Below the pieces are notes generated by a model. It was not told where the DNA came from. It saw only the letters and a program-made list of their open reading frames with translations, and did not search any database. A stretch of 63,981 bases of DNA, filler included, from Caldilineae bacterium (lineage in GTDB: Bacteria > Chloroflexota > Anaerolineae > DTLA01): assembly GCA_037446815.1 (NCBI GenBank). It is 5 parts of 5 records of this genome, joined end to end, with 100 filler letters (N's around TTAATTAATTAA, not from the genome) between each part and the next. Parts side by side here need not be neighbours in the genome. Positions count along the whole stretch, not along the records: positions 1 to 13,335 come from JBBIHX010000070.1; 4 more parts are not named here. One strand, given 5' to 3'. Below, piece by piece: positions 1 to 10,732 of the stretch. Position numbers and translations under genes: made by a program. The stretch's first letter is position 1, and the number at the start of each line of letters is the position of its first letter.

Positions 1-64
1 CCCTCTCCCGGCGGGCGAGGGGGCACGGCCCGCGCTTTGGAACCGCCACGCGACAGGCCCCCAC

Positions 65-93
65 TTGACAAATCGGACAAAGTGAGGTATATT
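65..93 (+). promoter_or_regulatory. sigma70-type promoter of csoR-copZ-copA
   Basis: TTGACA (65-70), 17-bp spacer, TATATT (88-93). Confidence 0.8.
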
Positions 94-101
94 ATTGGCG
101 A

Positions 102-124
102 ACCCCACCCCCAGGGGGAGGGGT
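102..124. promoter_or_regulatory. putative CsoR operator
   Basis: ACCCCACCCCC-A-GGGGGAGGGGT, a C-tract/G-tract pseudo-inverted repeat between the -10 and the RBS, typical of CsoR/RcnR operators. Confidence 0.7.
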
Positions 125-134
125 AGGAGGACGT

Positions 135-413
135 ATGGACAAGCAACTCAAGAACGACGTGAAGGCCCGCCTGGCCACCGCCGAGGGACACCTGCGCGGC
201 ATCCAGCGCATGGTGGACGAGGACGCCTACTGCGTGGACATCATCAAGCAAATCCTGGCCGTGCAGCGCGCCCTGGAGCGGGTCAGCGCCCTGGTGTTGG
301 ACGGCCACCTGCACACCTGCGTTACCACGGCCATCCGCGGCGAGGATCCCGCTCGGCGTGAGCAAGTCATCGGCGAACTCATGGACGTCTTTGAGTTGTC
401 CAGAAAACTTTAG
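135..413 (+). CDS. csoR: CsoR/RcnR family copper-sensing repressor
   Basis: RLxxxEGHLRGIQRMV..YC.DI..QI.AV; H-x-H-x-C metal ligands; AGGAGG RBS. Confidence 0.93.
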   Translation: MDKQLKNDVKARLATAEGHLRGIQRMVDEDAYCVDIIKQILAVQRALERVSALVLDGHLHTCVTTAIRGEDPARREQVIGELMDVFELSRKL

Positions 414-425
414 GGAGGATAGACC

Positions 426-632
426 ATGATTGCCAAGACCTTGAATGTGCCCAACATCTCATGCCACCACTGCGTGAACACCATCCAGCGGGAACTGGGC
501 CAGGTGAAAGGCGTGGCCGAGGTGCACGCCGACGTGCAGACGAAGCAGGTCTCCGTGAAGGTGGACTCCCCGGCGACGTTGGAGACCGTGCTGAAGACTC
601 TGCGGGAGATCGGCTACCCGCCGGCGGAGTAG
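426..632 (+). CDS. copZ: copper chaperone (HMA domain)
   Basis: 68 aa with ISCHHC metal-binding motif; lies between csoR and copA. Confidence 0.9.
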   Translation: MIAKTLNVPNISCHHCVNTIQRELGQVKGVAEVHADVQTKQVSVKVDSPATLETVLKTLREIGYPPAE

Positions 633-725
633 AGGCATCGCGTCGCGGAGGCGCGGGGCCGCAGAGAAAGCACCTTTTGCTCTGCGCGCTCTGTGCCTCC
701 GCGGTGGGCAGAAAGTAGGCAGACC

Positions 726-3122
<2,397 letters not shown>

Positions 3123-3138
3123 CGCCGCGCAGGGATAC

Positions 3139-3191
3139 GAAAAACCGCGAATGCGCGCGACTCTGCACGAATCGCGGCATTCGCGGTTTTC
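3139..3191. terminator. bidirectional intrinsic terminator
   Basis: GAAAAACCGCGAATGC...GCATTCGCGGTTTTC inverted repeat between convergent genes. Confidence 0.7.
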
Positions 3192-3208
3192 TTATGCTGT
3201 GTACCCGA

Positions 3209-4609
3209 CTACTTGGGCACTTCGGTTACAATCACGGCTCGGTTGGCTTCCAATTCCGCGGGATCCACGTCCTTCTCGGTCAGGAACAACTCCGGATGGC
3301 CGTGGCAGTTCTTGCAGTCCTGGTTCTGCGGCGTGATCTTCTGGATGTTGTGCACGGTGGCGTACTTCCACGTGGGCACTGAAGCCCAGTTCGGGAGCAT
3401 GTTGTCGCCGTAGTATCCGAAGATGTCTTCCGGCACCGGAATGTGCCGCACCAGGACGTACTCCCACGGGCGGTCGGGCGTCGGACTCGGGTTCTTGCCG
3501 ATCTTGAACGTCATCACCGACGGGTCTAGTTTGCGATATGGCAGTCCTTCCTTGTCCAGACCGACGTGGCAGTTCCAGCAGGACTTGTACGCGCCGGCGG
3601 AGTGGCACACGCGGCAATCCAGTTTGTCGCCGTGGATGTTGTGCTGCATGACCTCGCCCTTGCCGGGCGCGGCATCCGGGTGGCAATCCAGGCACGAAGG
3701 CGCAGGCTTGCCGTCGTAGCGGTGGGCGTACTGCGTGCCGTCGCCGTGGAACTGGGTCATGTTGTGGCACTTGAAGCAATTGACGCCCTTGGTCCAGTGG
3801 ACATCGCCAGGGATGCCGGCGTTCTTGCCCATGAACTCGGGGCCAACGCGCCCGCCGTGGCAGCCCAGGCATGTGTCGCTGAGCGAGACGATGCTCTTGA
3901 CCTGGTGGTCCTTCACGAGGCCGCCATCCGCCGACGTGGGGCGCGAGATGTGGCACTGGCCGCAGGTCGCGTGGCAACTGGTGCAGTGGCGGTTGAAGAT
4001 TTCGGCCTTGGCCGGGTCCTTGAAGTCAAACCCGCGCTGGCTCAGTATGGTGTAGTATCCGTTGATGGTGTAGTGGAGCGACGTGGCCGAGGTCTTGGCG
4101 ATGTCGCCGTGGCAGTTGGCGCAGACGCCGCCCTTGTCGGCAGACGGGTCGCGCACCACGCCCTGGTGGGCCGCCGCTTTGTCATTGGTGTCGGGCTGGC
4201 CGCCATGGCAGCCGATGCAGTTGGGCGTGTTGTGCACATCCTTGAGGAACGTGTCGTCGCCGATGAAGACCTTTTCCCATGCCTCCAACGGAGGCAACTC
4301 GCCCGCTCAGCCCTCGCCTTCGGTCTCGGCCGAGCCGGTCTTCTTGGTTTCGGCCAGTTTCTGGAGCGTCGCGGGGTCGGTATGACACGCCACGCAGTTG
4401 TCCGCGCTGGGGATGGGCGTGGGTGTCGGCGGTACGGGAGTGTTGGTTGGTGCTGGGGTGTTCGTGGGCGGCGGTACAGGCGTATTGGTCGGCGGTACTT
4501 TCGTAGGCACTGTGGTCGGCGTAGGCGTCGCCGCGGCTCCACAGGCCGCCAGGATCAGCACCGTGATCCCAACCAAACCCGCCACCCAAATCAGGGTTTT
4601 GGGTTTCAT
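3209..4609 (-). CDS. multiheme (11 CXXCH) c-type cytochrome lipoprotein, putative selenoprotein (in-frame TGA at 4307-4309, Sec101)
   Basis: ORFs 4307-4609 (LAAC lipobox, PT-rich linker, CVACH) and 3209-4297 (10 CXXCH) are in the same frame, separated by TGA-GCG-GGC-GAG; SECIS-like hairpin follows. Confidence 0.8.
4280..4296 (-). promoter_or_regulatory. putative bacterial SECIS element
   Basis: UGCCUCC-GUU-GGAGGCA, a perfect 7-bp stem whose loop starts with G 18 nt after the UGA. Confidence 0.7.
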
Positions 4610-4662
4610 GGCTTACCTCTCTTCAGGGACTCTTTTGTGCAATCTCTCGGCTAAACGGTTGC

Positions 4663-4698
4663 GCTTCGGGGAATTGCTTCGTGGCAATTCCCCGAAGC
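4663..4698. other. intergenic stem-loop within the operon
   Basis: GCTTCGGGGAATTGC-TTCGTG-GCAATTCCCCGAAGC, perfect 15-bp stem with no U-tract. Confidence 0.6.
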
Positions 4699-4753
4699 AG
4701 GCCTTACCGCGTCAAGACGCCCGGAGGCCAACCGGCGTCTGTGACGGACGAAA

Positions 4754-5863
4754 CTACCGAGCCGCACGCTTGGCGTACAGCGCACTGCCCGTGAACAGGG
4801 CGGCGATGCCGGCGACCAGCACGAGCCAGGTCAGGTTCATCTCGGCGCCGGTAACAGGCAGGGTGGTGGGAGCGGCGCTGCCTTCAACCGGGTAGTCGGG
4901 CGCGGTAGCAACGTCGTACCGCGGCTGCGCCAGGACCTTGTCGTCCTTCGTCCAACCCATCATACCGTACTTGATGTTGCCGGCATCATAGCCCAGGAGG
5001 CCGAGGATGGTGGCCGCGACCATGCCGGTGTGGCCGGTGTAGCAGTAGACCACAACGCGCTTGTCGGGGGGCAACTTGGCCAGGTTCTCGGGCTTCGCGA
5101 TGTCCTTGTAGAAGATGTTGATGGCGCCCGGGATGTGGCCCAGCGCGTAGTGCTCGGCAGTGCGCACGGAGACGATGACCGGGTTGTTGGAGGCGTCGCC
5201 GTCGTTCAGGTTCTCAAAGATGGAATCGGCGGTAACGATGGGGGCCTTGGCCGTGTTCAGCCAGTTGTCGGCTGCGGTGCGGATGATCTCAAAGTCCCCG
5301 CTGGCGCCGGTGGAGACGGTCGGGTACGGATAGGTGGCCGTGGCTTCGTTGACCGTGGTCTCCAACGGGTAGTCGCGCTGATCCGTATCGGGGCCAAAGC
5401 GCTTGGTGGCGAGAACGGTGTCGTTCTTCGTCCAGCCCATGATCCCGAACTTGAGGTTGACGGCGTTGTAGCCCAGGAGATTCAGAATCGTCGTGGCAAT
5501 CTGCCCGGTGTGGCCGGTGTAGCAATAGACCACGATCTGCTTGTCCTTGGGCAGTTTGGCCAGGTTCTCGGGCTTGGCGATCGTCTTATAGGGGATGTTG
5601 ATGGCGCCTGGAATGTGGCCCAGCGCGTAGTGCTCCGCAGAACGCACGCTCACGATAAACGGGTCATTGCTGGCATCCCCGTCGTTCAGCAGCGTGAACA
5701 GCGCGTCGGCGGTGATGACGGGAGACTTGACGGTGGTGAGATACTTCTCCGCCGCGGCCCGAATGACCTCAAAGTCGCCGCTGGGGCCTTCGGCAAGAAC
5801 GGGAGAGACAGCGATGAGCAGGAGAGCTACGGCGAGTAGCAACGACACGACTTTGTTCCGCAT
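4754..5863 (-). CDS. secreted tandem rhodanese (sulfurtransferase) protein with LPXTG-type anchor
   Basis: signal peptide; two domains each with GHIPGAINI and VVYCYTGH; C-terminal LPVTG, TM helix and KRAAR tail; AGGAGG RBS before ATG 5863. Confidence 0.88.
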   Translation of the reverse strand: MRNKVVSLLLAVALLLIAVSPVLAEGPSGDFEVIRAAAEKYLTTVKSPVITADALFTLLNDGDASNDPFIVSVRSAEHYALGHIPGAINIPYKTIAKPENLAKLPKDKQIVVYCYTGHTGQIATTILNLLGYNAVNLKFGIMGWTKNDTVLATKRFGPDTDQRDYPLETTVNEATATYPYPTVSTGASGDFEIIRTAADNWLNTAKAPIVTADSIFENLNDGDASNNPVIVSVRTAEHYALGHIPGAINIFYKDIAKPENLAKLPPDKRVVVYCYTGHTGMVAATILGLLGYDAGNIKYGMMGWTKDDKVLAQPRYDVATAPDYPVEGSAAPTTLPVTGAEMNLTWLVLVAGIAALFTGSALYAKRAAR

Positions 5864-5968
5864 AGACCTTCTTTCCTCCTTGAATGGATTCTTTAGGTGG
5901 TGCAGGATTTCAAAGAACTGGCCTCCGCTGACGCTTGACCGGCGCTGTACGCACGACGGCTTGTGCGT

Positions 5969-5997
5969 ATTGTAACGACTAGGAAAGTATCTGTCAA
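5969..5997 (-). promoter_or_regulatory. sigma70-type promoter of the rhodanese-cytochrome operon
   Basis: minus strand TTGACA (5997-5992), N17, TACAAT (5974-5969). Confidence 0.75.
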
Positions 5998-6237
5998 ATC
6001 TATGGAGCCGCTGCATCCTGTAAACCCCATAAATAAGGGAAACTTATCTATGGCACAATCTGACACAATGTTTTCTTTCCAATGTGGCGCGAAGACGCGG
6101 CAATCCGTCGCGCATGTGGGGACAACGTCGGGGATGTAGCGAACGGCGCGGCGGAGTGCGGCGACCTGTCGCACCTGTGGGGACAACCCTCATCCTTCGG
6201 GCGAGGGTGAGGGTGAGGGGCAGCACGCGCGCACGGC

Positions 6238-6765
6238 CTACGCCAGCCTCTGCTCGCAATTCTCCCGCTGGCCGCAGCGCAGGCACTTCTGCGGCGTCTC
6301 GTGATCGCGGTCGGCGGAACCCCGAGCGCGGGCCTCTCGCATCGCCGCCAGGGTTTCCAGCACGCGCCGACGGAGCGCATCGTCATAGGGAATCTGCACC
6401 GTGGCGTCGTCATAGCGCAGCAAGCCGTAGGGCGGGCGCGCGCCGAACTCCTCCTCCGCCAGCAGGCAGTACGCCGCCAGTTGCAGGACATGGCCCTCGT
6501 AGGGTTCGGCAGGGGCCTGGCCCGACTTCACCTCCACGGGCACGCGCGCGTTTCCCACGCGCACCAGGTAATCGGGTCTGCCGGTGAGGCCGTAGCGGCG
6601 GGAGTACAACGGCTCGCGCGTTCGCTCCCATCGGCCCGTGTCGCCGTACACCAGGCGGCCGCGCGGAAGCCCCGCTGCCTTCCATTGCCCGCGCGCCCAG
6701 AGCCACACGCCCAACCCGAAGATGAGCAGGGCAAGCGCGACGACGATGACAACTGTCGCGGACAT
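6238..6765 (-). CDS. Cas4-like PD-(D/E)XK nuclease, C-terminal part with an N-terminal TM helix
   Basis: GLTGRPDY, VEVKSG and QLAAY motifs; C-terminal CxxC-x5-C; start at ATG 6765. Confidence 0.85.
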   Translation of the reverse strand: MSATVVIVVALALLIFGLGVWLWARGQWKAAGLPRGRLVYGDTGRWERTREPLYSRRYGLTGRPDYLVRVGNARVPVEVKSGQAPAEPYEGHVLQLAAYCLLAEEEFGARPPYGLLRYDDATVQIPYDDALRRRVLETLAAMREARARGSADRDHETPQKCLRCGQRENCEQRLA

Positions 6766-6766
6766 C

Positions 6767-7027
6767 TCACCCTCCCCACAGGCGGGCGATGACCCAGGCG
6801 ACCAACGCCAGGGCGCCCAGAACGGCCAGGGCGATGCCCACGCGCTGGACGACGAGCGCCACGTACACCCTTCTCCCGTGGCGGCGGTGGGATTCGGTGC
6901 CGGCCTCCAAGTCGGCGACGTTGGCCGACGGGAGGCGCAGGACGTGCTCCAGGTACCAGGCGTGAGGGCAGTAGGTGAACTGGCCGATTTCACTGGCCCG
7001 AACCACGTAGCGCGATGATTTGGACAC
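6767..7027 (-). CDS. small membrane protein resembling the Cas4 N-terminus
   Basis: ASEIGQFTYCPHAWY and GTESH motifs plus a C-terminal TM helix; stop lies 1 nt before the next start. Confidence 0.75.
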   Translation of the reverse strand: MSKSSRYVVRASEIGQFTYCPHAWYLEHVLRLPSANVADLEAGTESHRRHGRRVYVALVVQRVGIALAVLGALALVAWVIARLWGG

Positions 7028-7114
7028 TGGACACTCCTTACAAATGAGCGTTCACCGCGGAGGCGCGGCGAGCGCGGGGGCACGCCCCGCTGCCCCTCTG
7101 CCACATACCACCGC

Positions 7115-7164
7115 GTAGGGCAGGTTGTAGGGGCAGCCGTAGGGGCAGGTCTGAGACCTGCCCC
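7115..7164. repeat. GTAG-tagged REP-like palindrome(s)
   Basis: GTAGGGGCAGGTCTGAGACCTGCCCC preceded by partial GTAGGG(G)CAG copies. Confidence 0.6.
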
Positions 7165-7167
7165 ACC

Positions 7168-7698
7168 TCACCGCGGCAGCCCCTGCAATGCGGCGACCGA
7201 CGCGGCCGCGGCGACCGCGCCTAACAGCAGCCCGCCCAGCGCGTCCCCCGCGTAGTGCACGCCCAACGCCACCCGCGCCGCCGCCACGCCCAACGCGCAG
7301 AGCGCCGCCACCGCTGCCACATCGGGGCACGCCGCGCCCGCCACAACCGCAACCGCCGCCACACGCGCCGCGTGGCCCGATGGAAACGAGTAGCGATCCA
7401 GGCGGCGCGAATACAGGCCCGGCGCGTAGCCGTCGGGACGGGGCCGGCGGATAATGCGCTTGATGACGCCGCCCACGATGCCCACCACCAGCACCGCGGC
7501 GGCCATGCGAACCGCAAGCGCGCGCAGCGAGACCCCGCCCCATGCATACAGCGCGATGAGAACGGCGGCCCACAGCGGGCTATCGCCCAGGTGGGCAACG
7601 GCCAAGGCACCCAGGCGAAGCCCGCGCCAGGTGTCGGGAATCCGCAGCCGCTCACTGATGCGGCGATCCAGCGCCGCCGCGGCTTGCCACGGGCTCAT
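7168..7698 (-). CDS. PAP2 family phosphatase
   Basis: KRIIRRPRP, SFPSGH and ARVALGVHY motifs. Confidence 0.9.
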   Translation of the reverse strand: MSPWQAAAALDRRISERLRIPDTWRGLRLGALAVAHLGDSPLWAAVLIALYAWGGVSLRALAVRMAAAVLVVGIVGGVIKRIIRRPRPDGYAPGLYSRRLDRYSFPSGHAARVAAVAVVAGAACPDVAAVAALCALGVAAARVALGVHYAGDALGGLLLGAVAAAASVAALQGLPR

Positions 7699-8489
7699 GC
7701 GCGGTGCGTCTCCATGTAGCGGATGACCATCTCCAATTGGTGGGGCTTGTCCACATCCATCGCCAGTTCCCAGTCGGGCGAGGCGACGACGCGGCCCTCA
7801 ATGCCCAGAATCTCGCTCACGCGGCGCTCCGCGTCGGCGAGGGTGAGGCGGCGGAGCAAGATGGCCAGCAAGAAGCGCGGCCCCAGCACCCGCGCCATCT
7901 TCAGCGCGTCCTTGCGTTGGGCGATGAGGTCGCGCATCATCTGCACCTTCTGCATGGACAGGTCGGAGCGCACCATGAACAGGTCGCCGCCGTCCCAATA
8001 GCCGTCCTTGAGGTGGGCATAACTGCGCCCCGAGCCGGGGAACGCCGCCTCCAGGATGGACTTCTCCACGACCGAGTAGAACAGGTCGCCGCCGCGCTTC
8101 ACGCACGTGTCGGCGAATCGCGCCACGACCGGGCCGGTCAGCAGCGGGATGTCCGACGAGGCGATGAGGACGTAGGGCGAAATGCGCCCCGTTGCGCGGA
8201 GCCAGTCCAGCCCGGCCAGCGTGTTGGCCACGATGTCGCCCTTAGCCGCCAGGTTTGCAACCGGCCCCGAGAAGGGGACCTCGTCCTCCGGCCCCAGCCC
8301 GACGCACACAATGCGGTCCACGCAGCCGCTGGCGCGCAGCGCCTCCTCCACGTACACCACCATCGGCTTCCCCAGAATCGGCAGGAGCGCCTTCCGGGTA
8401 ACCGACGCCCCGGCCAGTAGGGGGTCGGCCTCGCCTGCCGTCGCGCCGGCAAGGATGATCGCGTCCAGGCTCGTGTTCTCCGCGCTCAT
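7695..8489 (-). CDS. MobA-like nucleotidyltransferase (NTP_transf_3)
   Basis: AIILAG, KALL..GKPM, SSDIPLL and MDVDKP motifs; ATGA overlap with the upstream gene. Confidence 0.85.
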   Translation of the reverse strand: MSAENTSLDAIILAGATAGEADPLLAGASVTRKALLPILGKPMVVYVEEALRASGCVDRIVCVGLGPEDEVPFSGPVANLAAKGDIVANTLAGLDWLRATGRISPYVLIASSDIPLLTGPVVARFADTCVKRGGDLFYSVVEKSILEAAFPGSGRSYAHLKDGYWDGGDLFMVRSDLSMQKVQMMRDLIAQRKDALKMARVLGPRFLLAILLRRLTLADAERRVSEILGIEGRVVASPDWELAMDVDKPHQLEMVIRYMETHRA

Positions 8490-9382
8490 AGGGCTTGCAC
8501 CGTGGGGCGGAGATTCAGTTTCTGAAGCATGGCCTCTATCTCCGAATCGGTGAGCGGGCGGCCAAACCCGGCCAAGGCCACCAGGCACGCCTCCATGACA
8601 TTGGTGCCAAAGGTGCGGCCTTCCAGACGCGGCGTCGTCGTGGCCAGGTACCGCACGCCAGCGTTTCGCAGCGTCTCCACGTCGGCGGCCGTGGTGGTGT
8701 TGGTAACCACCACCTTGCCATCCAGGCGCGGCGGCATGTGGCGGTAGATGTAGTTGAAGTCGCCCGCGATGACCGACGCCCACTGATAGTAGCGCTCAAA
8801 CTTGGGGTGATTCTGCCGCTGCTTCTCGCCCGTGGGGTACAACATGCTGAACGGAAGCCGCCCGAAGATGGGCAAGAGCACTGCCGCCAAACGCTTCAGG
8901 TTCTTGATGCCTCGGATGGGGATGGGCAGCCCCAGCGCGAACATCAGGTCGCCGTACACGGTGTCGTAGCCGGCATCGGCGAAGGACTGGGCCATGCCGA
9001 AGCGGTCGGCTGCCGAGGTGATGAGGGCGGTTTTGGGCGAGATGGCGTGGCCGATTTCGGCCTCCACCACCTGCATCACGCGGCGCTCCAGCGTATGCTT
9101 CAGCCCGCCGCCGTCCACTACCGGCGTCTTCTTCACCCCCGCCACCAGCGGCAGCACCGAGTACAGCGGATACGACTTGCTGTCCACGCGCAGCGCCAAA
9201 TCGGTGCCGCCGACCCCGAAGGCATCCACTTGCCCGTCCAGGTCGCGGTACATCTGTTGGGCGCGGGTCATGTCGCCGTCGGTGCCGATGCGCTCTATGC
9301 GGACTCGTTCGCCCAGCAACTCCACCTCAACGGCGTGGTCGCGGTGCGAACTGCCCAGGCTGATGCTCACGACTCTTTTCAT
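8486..9382 (-). CDS. conserved uncharacterised protein (family often labelled 'quinate 5-dehydrogenase')
   Basis: N-terminus MKRVVSISLGSS.RDH, IERIGTDGD, GRTFGTNVMEA; function not established. Confidence 0.7.
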   Translation of the reverse strand: MKRVVSISLGSSHRDHAVEVELLGERVRIERIGTDGDMTRAQQMYRDLDGQVDAFGVGGTDLALRVDSKSYPLYSVLPLVAGVKKTPVVDGGGLKHTLERRVMQVVEAEIGHAISPKTALITSAADRFGMAQSFADAGYDTVYGDLMFALGLPIPIRGIKNLKRLAAVLLPIFGRLPFSMLYPTGEKQRQNHPKFERYYQWASVIAGDFNYIYRHMPPRLDGKVVVTNTTTAADVETLRNAGVRYLATTTPRLEGRTFGTNVMEACLVALAGFGRPLTDSEIEAMLQKLNLRPTVQAL

Positions 9383-9439
9383 GCATGCCCTCCCTGCTGT
9401 CGTTCTATTGCCCCCTCGCCGGCATGCCGCGCGAGCATC

Positions 9440-10732
9440 TCACAGCGCCTCAAGCCGACGGAAGATCACCTCCAGGTTTCGGCGGTAGAAGGCGAGATCA
9501 AACAGGTCGTCCATCTCCTGGGGCGACAGGTGGCGAGAGATGCCGCGCCCCTCCAGCACGTGGCGGAACTCTTTCCCGTGTCGCCAGGCCTCCATCGCCG
9601 CGCCTTGCACCAGAGCATAGGCGTCCTCACGGGACATGCCCTTGTCCACCAAAGCCAGCATGACCCTCTGCGAAGCAAATAACCCGCGAGACAGGGCCAG
9701 GTTGCGAGCCATGTTCTCGGGGAAAACCTCCAGGCCGCGCACCACGCTGACCATCCGATCCAGCATGTAGTCCAGCAGCGAGGTCGCGCCGGGCAAAATA
9801 ATCCGCTCGGCCGAAGAGTGGCTGATGTCGCGCTCGTGCCAGAGGGCGATGTTGTCCAGCGCCGTGGCCAGATAACCGCGCAGCACGCGGGCCAGGCCGC
9901 AAATCTGCTCGGCCTGCACCGGATTGCGCTTGTGGGGCATGGCCGAAGAGCCCTTCTGTCGTTCTCCGAATGGCTCGGCGGCTTCCATGACTTCTGTGCG
10001 CTGGAGGTGGCGTATCTCCGTGGCGAACTTCTCCAGCGAGGCCCCCGTGATGGCGATGGCGGCCAGGAGTTCGGCGTACCGATCGCGCGGCACGATCTGG
10101 CTGGACGCCGGTTCGGGCCGCAGCCCGAGTTTGTCGCACACGTAGGCCTCCACGAAGGGGTCCACGGTCGCATAGGTCCCCACCGCGCCGGAAATCTTGC
10201 CCACGGCCACCGCCTCCCGCGCATGGGTCAGGCGCCGCCGATTGCGGTCCGTCTCAAAGGCCCACTGGGCGAACTTCAGCCCAAGCGTGATGGGTTCGGC
10301 GTGCACGCCGTGGGTGCGGCCCATCATAACGGTCTCCCTGTGGCGCAGCGCCTGCTCCTTCAGGATGCCGATAAGCCGCGTCGCCCCGTCCAGGAGCATG
10401 TCCGTGGCCTGGGCCAGGAGCGCGGCCTGGGCCGTATCCACCACGTCCGACGAAGTCAGGCCGAGGTGGAGGTAGCGTGCGTCGTCGCCCAGGCTCTCGC
10501 CTACGTCGGTGAGGAAGGCCAGCACGTCGTGGCGCAGATCGGCCTCCAGTTCGGCGATGCGCTCGGGGCGGAAGCGGGCGTTGGCACGAATGCGCTCGGC
10601 GGCCTCAGGGGGTATGCGGCCCAACAGCGCCAACGCCTCGCAGACGAGGACCTCCACGCGGAGCCAGTAGCGATATTTGTTCTCCGTCGTCCACAAGTCG
10701 CGCATGGCCGGGCGCGCGTACCGTTCAATCAC
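9440..10732 (-). CDS. purB: adenylosuccinate lyase
   Basis: MIERY start, GRTHGVHAEP, GSSAMPHKRNP, WHERDISHS. Confidence 0.97.
   Translation of the reverse strand: MIERYARPAMRDLWTTENKYRYWLRVEVLVCEALALLGRIPPEAAERIRANARFRPERIAELEADLRHDVLAFLTDVGESLGDDARYLHLGLTSSDVVDTAQAALLAQATDMLLDGATRLIGILKEQALRHRETVMMGRTHGVHAEPITLGLKFAQWAFETDRNRRRLTHAREAVAVGKISGAVGTYATVDPFVEAYVCDKLGLRPEPASSQIVPRDRYAELLAAIAITGASLEKFATEIRHLQRTEVMEAAEPFGERQKGSSAMPHKRNPVQAEQICGLARVLRGYLATALDNIALWHERDISHSSAERIILPGATSLLDYMLDRMVSVVRGLEVFPENMARNLALSRGLFASQRVMLALVDKGMSREDAYALVQGAAMEAWRHGKEFRHVLEGRGISRHLSPQEMDDLFDLAFYRRNLEVIFRRLEAL

Noticed and set aside
4307..4309. Cytochrome as a pseudogene or as two separate genes
   Set aside because: The in-frame TGA, the SECIS-like hairpin and the lack of a signal peptide on the downstream part favour Sec readthrough, although this is unproven.
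6051..6066. Sigma54 promoter (TGGCAC)
   Set aside because: There is no TTGC -12 element at the required spacing, and it points away from the operon.
6765..6769. TGA readthrough joining the two Cas4-like ORFs
   Set aside because: The downstream ORF is in a different frame (TGA-G-ATG) and has its own GGAGG RBS.
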